A DNA stretch of 64,000 bases, from contig OZ024743.1 in NCBI GenBank assembly GCA_964016885.1, positions 868,001 to 932,000 on the forward strand, written 5' to 3'. Position 1 is the stretch's first letter, and each line of letters begins with the position of its first letter. A model generated the notes under the pieces. The model saw only the letters and a list, made by a program, of their open reading frames with translations. It searched no databases and was not told the origin of the DNA. The position numbers were made by a program, and so were the translations under genes. Shown here one piece after another: positions 30,421 to 44,295 of the stretch. The DNA comes from Eledone cirrhosa. Lineage: Eukaryota.

Positions 30421-31378
30421 ATATATTATTAAAGGAAGTTTAATTATATTATCATACATATATATATATATACATACATATATACGCGTGTGCATATATG
30501 TGTGAAAATGTGAAGTGGGAGTCTATATGTATATATATATATGTGCTTACTCATATGAATATATCTTTGCATATATGTATATATATGTGTATGTGTATGT
30601 GTACATGTATGTGGGTGTGTATGTGTTTGTCTGTTTCTGAGTCTATGGGTGAAAAGGGGGTGGAAATGTAAGGTGATAACGCGCAATAATTTATATATGA
30701 CGAATAGATGTCTTTTGAATTAATGTATGATTATTATTATTTTTTAATGACACGAATCCTGTGTTTTCTAAGTTGTTTAACAACAGTTATGTGCTATATT
30801 CAGTATTTAAATAGCACAGTAATTCCAACCAACATCCTTATTCCATCCAAATTTCTACCAGTGTCAGTAGACGAATTTGTGTTGCTAAAATCAACATCGT
30901 CAGAATGCTAGGTGCGTGTGAGTTTTAGATGTTTAGTATTTTAAGAGAGAAATAATTGCAGATGCCGTATACTTTACAGGGATGAAAAAAAAACCGCCGA
31001 AAAACAAAAAAAAAAAGGATATAAAAACAAACCAAAAGAAGAAAAACAATAACAAAATTAAATAAATAAAAAAGAAATAAAACAATTATCGCCTGATTCC
31101 TGCAAAAAAGACATGTAGGCGTTTTATGTAAAATCGGTGAAGAGTGTGTGCGTGTGTGTGTGCATATGTGTGCGCATGGTTTTAGTTTATCTTCTGTTAT
31201 TTAGCCATTTTTTTAATTTTATTTTGGTAGAGAATATGATACGACGTATACATACATACATACATACAAACTGAAGATTAAAAAATACACAGAAATACAC
31301 AAAAATCCATTCCTTACATGTTTATATATATGTATGTATTATGTATAAATATATACATATTCATGTATTTCTACATAT

Positions 31379-31449
<71 letters not shown>

Positions 31450-31452
<3 letters not shown>

Positions 31453-31533
31453 ACGGGGTGTCCCCTCAAAAATGTATACATGATTCAACAGCATTCTAAT
31501 AAATATGTGTATGCATTTTTGAGACACCCTGTA
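31450..31533. mobile_element. Tiny Tc1/mariner-type MITE
   Basis: TIRs ta-cggggtgtc..caaaaatgtataca / tgtatgcatttttgagacaccctg-ta with TA flanks. Confidence 0.65.
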
Positions 31534-31947
31534 TGTATGTATAATGTTTAACATAGAAATAGATCCTAGAGTACTAAAATTGTTTCATACAAAAGAGATC
31601 ATCATTCTTTTGAATAAAACATTTCTAGTCCTGTAGAAGCCATTTCTTTATTAAACATTATGTTTACACTTTATTAATGTATTGAGTACCTTACTTCGTC
31701 TCCCTTGCCGTCCTCCCTCCGTGGGAACGCCTTCTCCATCCTGTCCGCCGGCGCTGTGTGTGTGTGTGTGTGTTGGGGGGGGGGGGGGGGGTATCGCGCA
31801 ACATTCCATATTTAGGTATCCCGATTAATGGTTTTTATCACCACTTGAGGGCGGCCGACCGAGGTAGAAGCTGCTAAATGTTCGGTCGCCGTCATGTCTC
31901 TGATTTTCAGCCCCATGGATTTTGACACACACACACATACGTATATA

Positions 31948-33050
31948 TCAGACTCAGACTCAGAAGGTCCCGCGTCTTGCGACGCATGAGGCAATCATAG
32001 TGTTCCATCGCGTTCTGGCAGCAGCTAGTTGCACAGCGTCCCGCCATTGTCTGTTTGTCGCTCGCAGGTCCCTCTCAACTGTCTGGCGCCAGTTCATTTG
32101 GGGTCGCCCTCTCCGTCTGCTTCCCTGCGGGCTCCATTTAGGTACTTGATTCGCCAGTCTCTCCGGGGGAAGTCTCAAAGCGTGTCCAATCCAGGCCAGG
32201 CGTCGCTTGCAGATGGTAGAAGAGACTAGCTGCTGGTTTGGTGCGGTTCCTGACTTCCTGGTTTGTTACATGGTCACTCCATTTAATCCCCAGGATCTTT
32301 CGCAGACACCTGGAATCGAATGCGTCCAACTTCTTCTCTTGGCTGGTCTTAAGGTGCCATGTTTCACTTCCGTACAAGAGTGTGGACAGCAGGTTGCTGT
32401 TGTAGAATCTCATCTTTGTTTTGAGGGTGAACTTCTTGCTCTTCCAGATCTTGTCAAGCTGGTTAAATGCTGCTGAAGCCTTTCCCATTCTACATTTCAG
32501 TTTACTGTCCATGGTGCCCTCATTGTTAATGGAGCTTCCTAGGTAGGTGAAGTTGTCCACTATCTCCACCTCCCCCTGTTCAATGAAGACACTAGTTGGT
32601 GATGGGTGTGTCCCAGATAACATGCTTTTGGTCTTCTTAGCACTGATATTGAGACCTAAGCTTCCTGCTTCGACATTGATATTGTTCACAATGATTTGCA
32701 GGTCAGCTGTGCTCTCTGCAAGTGCAGCAATATCGTCCGCAAAGTCCAGGTCAGACAACTTTTCCTCTCTCACCCAAGATATACCCTGGTCTTTAGACGC
32801 TCTTCTTAGTACCCAGTCAATGGCTATGGCAAAGAGAATTGGAGAGAGCAAGCAACCTTGACGCACACCAGTAACCACCTCAAACCAGTCACTGTAACCA
32901 TCCTCTGTCCGTATGCAGCACTTGGAGTTTGCGTAAATCTGTTTGATTTCCGAAATGACTTTCTGGGGCAGACCATACTCATGCATGATGCTCTAGAGTG
33001 ACGGTCGATGAATGCTATCGAATGCTTTGGAGAAATCGAAATAGACTACG
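31948..33050 (-). mobile_element. 5'-truncated RTE-clade LINE (RT C-terminal half; frameshifted)
   Basis: FDFSKAFDSIHR, GVRQGCLLSPILF, DLDFADDIAAL, LLYGSETW and RRRGRP motifs; (ctgagt)n tail; ORFs 32138-32986 and 31960-32178. Confidence 0.92.
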
Positions 33051-33443
33051 TATATATAGATATATATATATATATTACTACACACGAACTGTACGGCCTT
33101 AGTGTGGCTACCCCCGACTGAACCCGCGCGTGTGTGTGTATGTGTATGTGTGTGTGTATGTGTGTGTATGTGTGTGTTTGTGTGAGTGTGTGTATGTGCG
33201 CGTGTGTGAAGCAAATTGTCATAGTCGTTAATACGTCGGATAGATTGCTCCCTGCTATTCGTTCCGGCTGAGTTCTAACCACGCTGATGTCAACTTTGTC
33301 TTTCATCGTTTCGATGAAAGAATATCTTGCAGTCAAATACTGATGTCGATTCACTGTCCATATCTTTTTCTCCCCCCCCTCTCTCTCCCTCTCCCTCACC
33401 CTCTCCATCTCTCTCTCTCTTTCACTCCCCCCTCTGCCCCCCA

Positions 33444-33479
<36 letters not shown>

Positions 33480-33483
<4 letters not shown>

Positions 33484-34164
33484 GCCCTAGCTGGAGGTAT
33501 ATGGTCTGTAATGCGAAGAAATACCTATGATAGCTAGTAGACCACTGATGATGGATAGTCCTGGCTTCTATTTCTAATTCTTCATTTTATTATATATATC
33601 ATATATGCAACAACACAGCTCGCATTTTTCATTCATATATGCTTTCCCCTTCGCAGTGACCTGTCTTTTTCTCTTTCCTTACTGCTATCCTCTTTCTCTC
33701 TCCCCCTTCTCTTTCTTTCTCCCTCTTACTTTCACTCACCCCCTCTGCTAGTCACCCTCTCTCGACTAACCACTTCCTCACACTTTCACTCACTCACTCT
33801 CTGCTACTCACCCTCACTCTCACTCCATCGTCTCACACCGTACGAAAATTCTTTCCTCGCTCACATTCGCACGGTCAAGATATGTCTTTGCCTTCTCGTC
33901 AATATTCGCAAGTTCTTATGTTCAACATGAATCATTGACGTGATTTTCTCATTTTTTCCTCTCTTTACGTTGCCTCACCATTCGTGTTTGTTTACCTGTC
34001 TCTCTTTCTCCACCCAATTCTTTTTATCCCAATAACTTAATTTAGTTATTGTATTGCCCTAGCCGGAGGTATCTGGTCTGTAATGCGAAGAAATACCTGT
34101 GATGGCTAGTAGACCACTGATAAAGGATAGTCCTGGCTTCTATTTCTAATTCTTCACTTTATTA
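33480..34164 (+). mobile_element. Non-autonomous element with ~113-bp direct repeats (period 572), related to 7563-8370
   Basis: 33480-33592 matches 34052-34164; shared spacer motifs (cact.tcactcactcactctctg, gctcacat). Confidence 0.75.
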
Positions 34165-34176
34165 TAAAGTAGAAAC

Positions 34177-34302
<126 letters not shown>

Positions 34303-34359
34303 AGTATTTCCGAAGAAAAAGCAAAGGAAAAAAGAGTGTTCTATTTTTAAAACAGAGCT

Positions 34360-34533
34360 ATTTAATTAGAAAGTGGACAACACAATATATAACTACTCCA
34401 TTACCAAACGTTTCAGGGTTGATAACCCCTCTATCTGATGAGCGAACTAGACGTATGTTAATATTGTCTAGGGTCCTGAAACCTTTCGTAATGGAGTAGT
34501 TATATATTGTGTTGATCACTTTCTAATTAAATA
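34360..34533. mobile_element. Fold-back remnant with type I HHR at 34429-34496 (+)
   Basis: ~58-bp inverted arms; ctctat-CTGATGA...ctagac/gtctag...GAAA-c(ctttc)g-TA-atggag; base of stem II degenerate. Confidence 0.7.
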
Positions 34534-34556
34534 TATATATATTAGTCTCTCCCTCT

Positions 34557-34619
<63 letters not shown>

Positions 34620-34984
34620 TCTCTCTCTCACCCTCTCTCTATCTCTCTCTCCCTCTCTCTCTTTCTCTGGGAGAAGTTGGATAAGATGCGATCTGGAGAG
34701 ACGATGGGTTCCGACAGTTTTTAAATGATGCATACCCTGCAGCCATATGACTACATGTTGACATTAGAGTCTATATATATATACTTCTACCAACATCCAA
34801 ACATCTTGGCAGATCTTTGTACACACTGTCACAAATATATGTACTACACACACCCCCACCAAAACCTGTGAACAAAACCAAGTCCAGTATCCCCCAAAAC
34901 AGAAAAACAATTATCAGAAAAATAAAAAGAACAAACAAAAATATTAACACACTAAAATATTGCCAACAGCAACACACATTCAAT

Positions 34985-36955
34985 GGCTATCACCCTGCTT
35001 GAGTAAAAAAATATAACCTCCAGCAATGCATGATGACCATCATCAATAACCAGAGAATAGCTGAAGAGAGGTGGGCCATTGAGAAAATCAAATTCAACCC
35101 CAAAGTGTTCTTCTCATTCGCTAAAAAACACAAGGTCACCGTCTCCACTGTTGGCCCCCTAGTTGATGAAAATGGTACACTCCAGGACAATGCCAAAACC
35201 ATGGATGAGTTACTACAGAAACAATACTGCTCTGTTTTCAGCAACCTGATATGGCCAATCGGGGCCGTATCAGTGATATTAACCCCCAACACACTATATT
35301 AGACATAACGTTTGGCGCCCCTGATGTCTTAGCGGCAATAACAGAAATTAAACACAATTCAACAGTAGGCCCCGATAGGTTCCCTGCTTGTGTCCTGAAG
35401 GTGTGTCGACACCAACTTGCAGCTCCTCTTGCTAATCTGTGGAGGAACTCACTGGACACTGGCTATATTCCTGAAAACTTTCTGTCCCAGTCTTCAAAAA
35501 GGGAAATAAGTCCCTTGCAGTGAACTACCGTCCGATCTCACTCACCTCTCATATTATCAAGGTATTTGAGATGGTGGTGAGATAACGAATAACCCACTTT
35601 CTTGAAAGCAACGGCCTGCTGAACTCCAACCAACATGGGTTCCGTAATGGAAGAGACTGCCTAACGTAGCTCCTGCATCACTTTGACGATGTTTTGAGAG
35701 CCTTGGGGGAGGGCTCCAACTCTAATGTCATCTACCTTGATTTCAGCAAGGCCTTCGACAGGGTTGATCATAAGATTCTACTGAAAAAACTATCCAAGGT
35801 TGGTGTCTCTGGAAGGTTACTACAGTGGATCAAATGTTTCCTGACAGGCAGAACCCAGCATGTTGTAGTCGAAGGAGTAAAATCAAGCCCTCCCAAAGTC
35901 AGCAGTGGCGTCCCACAAGGCACTGTGTTGGGCCCACTTCTTTTCATCATCTACATTAATGACATTACTGACATCATCAAACACAGTAACATCAGAATCT
36001 TCGCAGATGATTCCAAGCTCCAAAAGGTCATCAATGAGGTGGGTGACCGGACTTGCCTTCAGTGAGACCTACTGGCTGTCATCCAATGGGCAGAGATGAA
36101 TAATATGCTGTTGAATGAGGATAAATTTGAACTAATCCACTTTGGAAAAAAGGATGCCCTGAAACTACCATACTTTCTTCCTTCGGGTGAAACACTCTAT
36201 GGCTTCCAATAACATCGGAGATCTGGGAGTAATTGTGGACAACAATATAAGCTGGGCCACTCATATAGACAGCAAAGAATGTGTTCCTGGATTCTCAGAA
36301 CTTTCCAGTCGAGAGATATCCACACTGTTTTCCTTCTCTTCTCCACTTTTGTCCGACCCCACCTTGAATACTGTTGTCTACTGTGGTCACCCCACACGAA
36401 ACAAAGTATCATGAAAGTTGAAGCACCCCAAAGGTCAATTACAAAAAAGATAGTTGGCATGACAGGCCTTGACTATTGGGGTCGTTTAGAAAAGCTCAAA
36501 CTTTATTCTCTTCAACGTCGCCATTAGCGCTACATTATCTGTATGATGTGGAAAATATTCCATCAGCTTTGCCCAAATGAAGTTGGCATCACCTTTAATG
36601 TACACACAAGGCTTGGGCCCCGTGCTATCGGCCCACGACAAAAATCCCACTCGCATCTCATAACAACAATACGGCATAATTATTTCACTTCAATTGGCCC
36701 TGCTCTCTTTAACATTACACCAAAACACATCAAAGCAGAGACAAACCCCATCAAGTTCAAGAAGTGTTTGGATAAATTCCTTCAAGAAATCCCGGATAAG
36801 CCTCCTACACCTGGATATGCCTCCGTAAACAATAACTCTCTGCTCGAGTGGGCCATGATGCCCAAACACTGACTTGTAATACTTCGCCAGGTGGTGCTAT
36901 TAAGTTAGACATGGCTTGGGCCAATACTGGCCGAAACCTATCAAAGTTCTCAAAG
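34985..36955 (+). mobile_element. 5'-truncated CR1/L2-group LINE pseudogene
   Basis: YLDFSKAFDRVDH, SGVPQGTVLGPLLF, IFADDSKL, RPHLEYC and LKLYSLQRR motifs across broken ORFs. Confidence 0.92.
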
Positions 36956-36990
36956 TTATATATATATATATATAAATGTATATATAAATG

Positions 36991-37154
<164 letters not shown>

Positions 37155-37434
37155 CATATATATATATTACACTCCTTACATCAAACTAAAATATGTTGAC
37201 AATCTTTTAATGATGTCTTCCTTGTGAAGTTTGTGGTCTTGCTTTGCTTAACTAGTCAATATTTCCAGCTCTGCGCCCCTAACTTCTGCATGAACCCAGC
37301 CACCTAGCTGCTTTCTACTGCATATTGCACATTGAGCACATGCCCTTACGCTTTGGCTTCTAACTAACTCACCAATCTCTCCTCTCATATCTCCTCTATC
37401 TCCATCTTTCTCTTTAAGATTGGTTACTCTTGAA

Positions 37435-37610
<176 letters not shown>

Positions 37611-37673
37611 GTAGAACACTGGAAGGTAATATCCGTAGTGGTAGAGCACTCAGTCCATGGGACGAGCTAGGTG

Positions 37674-37771
37674 GAAGTGGTTACACAACAGTTAGTACAC
37701 CATACCTGAGGATCCGCTAAGGTGAAACAATTGTTCTCGGTATGGTGAACTAACTGTTGTGTAACCACTTC
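37674..37771. repeat. 33-bp inverted repeat enclosing an HHR core
   Basis: CTGAGGA-tcc(gctaa)ggt-GAAA-caattg-TT; the stem I 5' strand appears replaced by the inverted arm. Confidence 0.6.
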
Positions 37772-38190
37772 TCTCTCTCTATATATATATATAGACACAT
37801 ATAAATCTACCAGATTATTTCTGAAGTGAAGACGGGTAGTGGAGACGTATGTATTTTTTCTTACTATGATATTTTGTAATATTTTACATAGATCGATAAT
37901 TGAATAGATATACGGGGAACTACCCCCCAGAAACGATCGTAAAATAATTTGTTTTACTATGAATTAACCGTCTTGTGTTTAATTTCATTGTTTCAATATT
38001 TCTATATATATATATAAACGGAGACAGAAAGACAGACAACATACGGATAGATACGCAGACATAAATATATATAGATATGTAGTATATAGATATATTGTTG
38101 TTGATTCATAGGTGTATAAATAGCAATTAACTTTTACTGAAGTGGTGATGCCATCCTTGTGGTTGAGTCATATTATATATATAAATAAAC

Positions 38191-38380
38191 GGCGGTGGAT
38201 TGGCAGTATCGGTAGAGGGTCGGACGCCATGCTTTGACGTATAGAGTTACGGCACTTGCCATTCTGAGTTCAAATCCCGCCGAGGTTAACTTTGCCTTTC
38301 ATCCTTACGGGGTCGATAAAATAAAGTACCAGTAATACACTGGGTAATTGCTGGCCTTGTGCCAAAAGTAGAAACAATTA
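38191..38380 (+). mobile_element. SINE copy (near consensus)
   Basis: Full head, core and tail. Confidence 0.88.
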
Positions 38381-38633
38381 TATATATATATATATATAAA
38401 CATTTCACACTTATGTAGATTTATCTCCTCGTTTGAAGTTTCCTGGGTTTTTAATGATATGGTCCCTACTCTTATGAAAAGCAGGGTAAAATGAAGTTTC
38501 TGGGTCAAGAACATAACGAGCCACCCAGTCCTTATGATTTTGTGTCAAACACCCTTACGATATGGCCATGCAACTTCACAATACACCCCCCCACACACAC
38601 ACACACACATACAAATATATATATATATATATA

Positions 38634-39241
38634 TAACGTTTGTCAGAAAAGTAACAGGAAAAAGTACTTAGTCTGGTGTGTGAATTATCAGTGTAATAGG
38701 GGGGATTAGCGAGTTACCTCCTTATATGCGGTAATGTCCGGGGTGTATGTAACTGAGATCTTAGCTCTCTGCAGCCATTGTATATTTTCTCATGTATTTT
38801 TGTTTACAGTTCCTCAACTTTAGACTTAGAATAATCGGTACAGAGCAATGAACCAATCTGAAATTGTTGGTCCAGCTTGGAAGGGTGTGAACATCATGCT
38901 TGAATAGGATTAAATACTGTTAGCGCGAAGAAGAAAATTGAAATAAAAAACAAAAGTCTTTTCCTCAATCCATCAGAAGCACTCAGGATACTGCTGCCAG
39001 TGTACAGAGATTAGGCGATGTCCCACTCATCGGATTTCGAGCGGCACAAAAAGTTCAAAGATTGTTCTGAGGACTTGGAAAACGACCCCAGGAGTATGCA
39101 GGGGTGTCAGAGAAGGTTGGAAAGTGTGTTAAACTTGAGGGCAATTATTTCGGAGGGAAAACTTGAAGTTTGTAGTTTGCACTTGAAACATATATATTTT
39201 TTTGCGACCCCAGTTCTATTTCTTTTCTGGCACACCCCGTA
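38634..39241 (+). mobile_element. Internally deleted mariner transposon
   Basis: Degenerate left TIR and right TIR ttctggcacaccccgta; residual HTH peptide (EQ..NLKLLVQLG...PSEAL...HKKFKDCSEDLENDPRS). Confidence 0.75.
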
Positions 39242-40380
39242 CACATACATATACATGTTCAGATTGTTTTTGTTGATATAAATATATAGTCATATATATT
39301 TATGTGTGTTTGCACATTCCTGTTTACTATTATGTCAGAACGCCAACATTTCAAATGTATTAGGCTCACAAAATCTAAACTGGTTCATTCTTACATAAAT
39401 AGATAGCTGTCATCTGACAGTGGCATATAATGTTCTATGGCCTTGGTAGACCGGGTGCGTTGATTGCAATCCTGAAAATTGAAAATGTTCCGACGCAGCA
39501 ATTCATGCTATCACTAATTGTTGAGGCTTGACACTGGATTTTAAACTATTGAAGATGGAGAGGTTTCTATGTTTGTTTTTGTATTTTTTTTTTGTATATT
39601 CTTTATTTTAGTCTCTGATCAGTATCTTGTTTGGGCGTTGCCCGTATGTATCACATATGAGTCTTGTATCGGCATCTTGTTTGCTTTGCGAAGGACTGTA
39701 AACTTCAAATCAGATAGGAGATTGGTTCCCCTCCTTGGGAGATATTCCCCATTCACAGTTGATATGCCCTCATTCACAGTTGATATGTTTCTCCTTATAT
39801 GTTTCGATTTATTGTTTGAATTTTTTTTCTCTTGGTTTGAGGAAAAGACTTTTGTTTTTTATTTCAATTTTCTTCTTCGCGCTAACAGTATTTAGTCCTA
39901 TTCAAGCATGATGTTCACACCCTTCCAAATAGATGACACAGTATTGTTTTGACCGCTCTTAGCTGTTGTTTTGCTGCTTTAGATCACTCTATCTGTTGTC
40001 TCTTCCTCAGTGTTACAGCTGAATTTAGTTGGAGGGGGCGTATCTCAGCCTCAATGTCAACTCGTAGAAATAAAGCGACATCTCCAGGATCGCTGTAGAC
40101 TCTAGTTTGCCGCAGTTGTTGTTGCTTTCACTTCTTCAAATCATCTTGATGAGAGGTCTTAAATTAGCTTTACTACTACATGTGTAGCGGCTAGTCCTAA
40201 ATCATGTCGTAAACCTTACATTGGCGTAAAACACCTGCTTATATTGTATCGGAAAATTGTCCACGAGCCAAGGTTGATGTTGCCAACGATGTTCTTGATG
40301 GTGGCTCAAGTGCTCTTAAGTTTCAAATATTGTCGTACTAATATATAGTAAATTATGTATATTGTTATCTAGGCGTATGA

Positions 40381-40541
40381 ATTGGCAGTATCGGTAGAGG
40401 GTCAGACATGCTTTCCATTTACGATCTGAGTTCAAATCCCGCCGAGGTTAACTTTGCCTTTCATCCTTACGAGGTCGATAAAATAAAGTACCAGTAATGT
40501 ACTGGGTAATTGCTGGCCTTGTGCCAAAAGTAGAAACAATT
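40381..40541 (+). mobile_element. SINE copy with 14-bp target-site duplication
   Basis: ttatctaggcgtat on both flanks. Confidence 0.85.
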
Positions 40542-41313
40542 ATTATCTAGGCGTATACTTCTGACCCGTCTTCAGTTTTGAAGATAATCGTTAGTCCCGA
40601 TGAAAAATCACATTGTTCCTGCAAGAACTGTTGTATTACATATACAAGTACAGTAGGAGCAAAGGGATTTTTGCAAGGCGCAGGAGCGTTGCGTTTCGTT
40701 TCTTTCATGTTTGGGTAACGACAGAGAAACCTCAGGCTGGCAATTATGTTGATTTGGTGGTGATTTCACATCTGAGCTACATTCGCTCGGGCTTAATGAA
40801 AATTTTATGTTAACTAACCTAGTTTAGTCTAATATTTACCGTTTTAGCAGGGCATTCTAGTATCTCATAAGCCATTTAGTGCGTTTTTACATATCCGATC
40901 ATCCTGCTGAAAGCTGAAAAACGTAACCCACCTCACCACAAAAATAAATTCATGGTCACCACCAGAAAACTTTTTATAATAAGTGTATTTTGTCAATGTT
41001 GACCTGTAGCTATATAACAATAATAATTTATATTCATGTCATGCACCTTGCCATTAATTTGCTTATGAGATCAGCAGGCTTAAATCCGAGTAAATTATAA
41101 CTGTTTCATAATGGCATTGAAAACTCTTGACTTTAATTATCTTTACTGTGAAAAGAAAAAAAATATCATTGTCACTATATAATAATAGCTGTGTAGCCAT
41201 AAATATTTTTGTGACTTTAATTCATTGCCTAATACATTAAATATGAGTTTTAATTAGTCATCACAAGTGGAATGCCTGGTAATTCCACGCAAGCGTCGTG
41301 TATATATATATAT

Positions 41314-41796
41314 ATTACCTTTCTTCTTGCATTATACACAGAGTTACGTCCCTTTACTGACAGAGTTCAAATCCCGCCGAGGTTAACTTTGCCTTTTATC
41401 CTTACGGTGTCGATAAAATGAAGTACCTGTAATGTACTGGATAATTGCTGGCCTTGTACCCAAAGTAGAAACAATTATTACCTTACTTCTTGCATTATTT
41501 TCATCCTTAAGGGATCGATAAAATAAAGTACCAGTTATGAACTGGGATAATTGCTGGCCTTGTGACAAAAGCAGAAACAATTATTACCTTACTTCTTGCA
41601 TTATTTTCATCCTTAAGGGATCGATAAAATAAAGTACCAGTTATGAACTGGGATAATTGCTGGCCTTGTGACAAAAGCAGAAACAATTATTACCTTTCTT
41701 CTTGCATTATTTTCATCCTTAAGGGATTGATAAAATAAAGTACCAGTAAGGAACTGGGATAATTGCTGGCTTTGTGACAAAAATAGAAACAATTAT
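41314..41796 (+). repeat. Truncated SINE followed by three ~106-bp tandem units of target site plus SINE 3' end
   Basis: attacctt.cttcttgcattat precedes each unit. Confidence 0.8.
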
Positions 41797-42336
41797 TTTT
41801 AATGTTTTCAGTTGTTGCCATGTAGATATTCTTGGACACCGCTTTTATGATATTAGTCGATCATATCGACTATTTATTTCAATCAGCTACTTAGTTTATT
41901 CATCGTTGATATGTAATAAATCTTATTGCTGTATCAGATGAAACAATGGTATTTAACTAATGTATTGGTACGCGATGGGGCCCACCCACAGCCCCGAGTC
42001 TCTTACCATCTATGTTTATTCATCTCTATCAAACCACTAAACTAGGAAAAACAAAGCGATACAATATGGTTCTCAATACACATATAACCACTGAAGGGAC
42101 AAGGCCGAAATACGGCTACTTGATGAATGACAACCCAGGGCTGAATTAGAACAATAACCTTTTAAATATATTCAAATCCTTCTCTATATGAGACTGGAAG
42201 AGTTATGAATGACTCACTGCTCATATTCTTTCAGCAGACCAACTAATTATACTACACACACAAAAAATAATACACGCAAACACACTTAGTTATACAAACA
42301 TACATACACACATACACACATATGTATATACATTAT

Positions 42337-42880
42337 ATTGGCAGTATTGGTAGAGGGTCGGACGCCATGCTTTGACGTATAGAGTTACGGCCCTTGCCAT
42401 TCTGAGTTCAAATCCCGCCGAGGTTAACTTTGCCTTTCATCATTACGAGGTCGATAAAATAAAGTACCAGTAATGCACTGGGTATTTGCTGGCCTTGTGC
42501 CTAACGTAGAAACAATTATATTATATTGCGTGTGTATATATATATAATTGTTTCTATTTTCGGCACAAGGCCAGCAATTATCCGAGTGCACTGGTGCTTT
42601 ATTTTATCGACCCCCGTAAGGATGAAAGGCAAAGTTAACCTCGACAGGATTTGAACTCAGAGAGTAAAGGGACGTAATTCTATGCTGAAAAGCATGGCGT
42701 CCGACCCTCTACTATATATATATATATATCATGAAAGCGGTGTCCAAGAATATCTACATGGCAACAATTGAAAACATTAATAATAGTTGTTTCTATTTTT
42801 GGCACAAGGGCACGAATTATTTCAGTGCATTACTGGTACTTTATTTTATCGACCCCGTAAGGATGAAAATATCATTGCAA
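42337..42880. mobile_element. SINE cluster: 42337-42518 (+), 42547-42712 (-), partial ~42785-42870 (-)
   Basis: Family core and tail on both strands. Confidence 0.85.
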
Positions 42881-43529
42881 TAACTGAAACAATTAAGACT
42901 ATGCAGTGAGGAATATAATCTAACATGTTTTTCCCTTTATTTATTTCGGTGATAAGGTGTTGTTTTAAGGAATATTAAGACCCCATTTCTTGCAGATTGA
43001 GTGTCCGTGTATAGGCTAGTTCGTTGGTTGGGAGTGGTTGAGTTTCAATATCTCTCGGCGTTAATTGAGAGAAATATACAGAAAATAAGTGGTATCCAGT
43101 TGTATGAAATTACAGAGAAAATAAATGGAAGAAAGTGATTAGTATGGATAGAGAGTATCAGTAGAAATAAGTAAATTAGAAGCCAGTGATATCCTGTTTT
43201 AATAGTGTTAATGAGAGCGTGTCAGGCAAACGACCTCACTATGCATACGATTAATAATGTGAATGTATGTTTGCATAGGTGTGAGCGTGCGCACATGCTT
43301 TCATGTATTATCCAGTGTGGAACGTTTACACATATCTGCATGTGTGTTTATATTCCATATACTATCCCTCATAAACAGTACAATACAAATAGCAATACAG
43401 AAACGAAAAAGGATAGAGAGGAAAAAGAGAAAAAGAAACAAGAAATTAAGCAACAAAAGAAAGGGAAAGTGGGGACTGAGCGACAAACTGTACACCCAGT
43501 CTGAGCGATATGTTTCAGTTACGTCCCGT

Positions 43530-43933
43530 GGACAAAATGGCGAAGGTACTGCTGCGGAGTGGGGAGAGCCACAAACAATAGACACCCTATTTCACGGGGC
43601 GCCTTCATCAAGTTGGCTGCAGTCTTCCCTATTTTACCGTGAGGTCAACATTGTCTCATCTCCGTACACTTCCTTCAGTATATCGAGTGCTTCTGGCGGA
43701 GTTTTCCCCAGCAGGACAAGAAACTTCAGGCTGGTTCGTTGCTCTGTGCCCATCGCTAGACGGCCTGAAGTTGACAAGCCGTTAAAAGTACGGGAAAAAA
43801 ACATACAATGGCTGCATAGAGCTGAGATTGCAGTTATATACACCCCGGATACTACGTCAAATGCAACCCACTGATCACTTCCCCATTCATGAAGCATGCT
43901 AAGTTCTGTTACTTTCTGCTGGCACACCTCGTA
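43530..43933 (-). mobile_element. Mariner transposon 5' remnant
   Basis: MGTEQRTSLKFLVLLGKTPPEALDILKEVYGDETM is a mariner transposase N-terminal HTH; TIR tacgaggtgtgccag. Confidence 0.85.
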
Positions 43934-43945
43934 TATATATATATG

Positions 43946-44005
<60 letters not shown>

Positions 44006-44096
44006 TAAAGTTGAGTCAGTAAACAGAAAACAAAAAAACGTAGAAGCGAAGAGGCAGTACAAATGTTAATATTAGTTTCACGCTTGAGAGTGGGGG

Positions 44097-44140
<44 letters not shown>

Positions 44141-44220
44141 ATAATATTAATAAATGGAAACTATCTTTATAAAATATACAACATTTTTTATATTCATTGT
44201 TTATATACCTTTTACATATA

Positions 44221-44295
<75 letters not shown>

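Noticed and set aside
43205-43874. 203-aa and 99-aa plus-strand ORFs
   Set aside because: Antisense to the mariner remnant plus low-complexity sequence.
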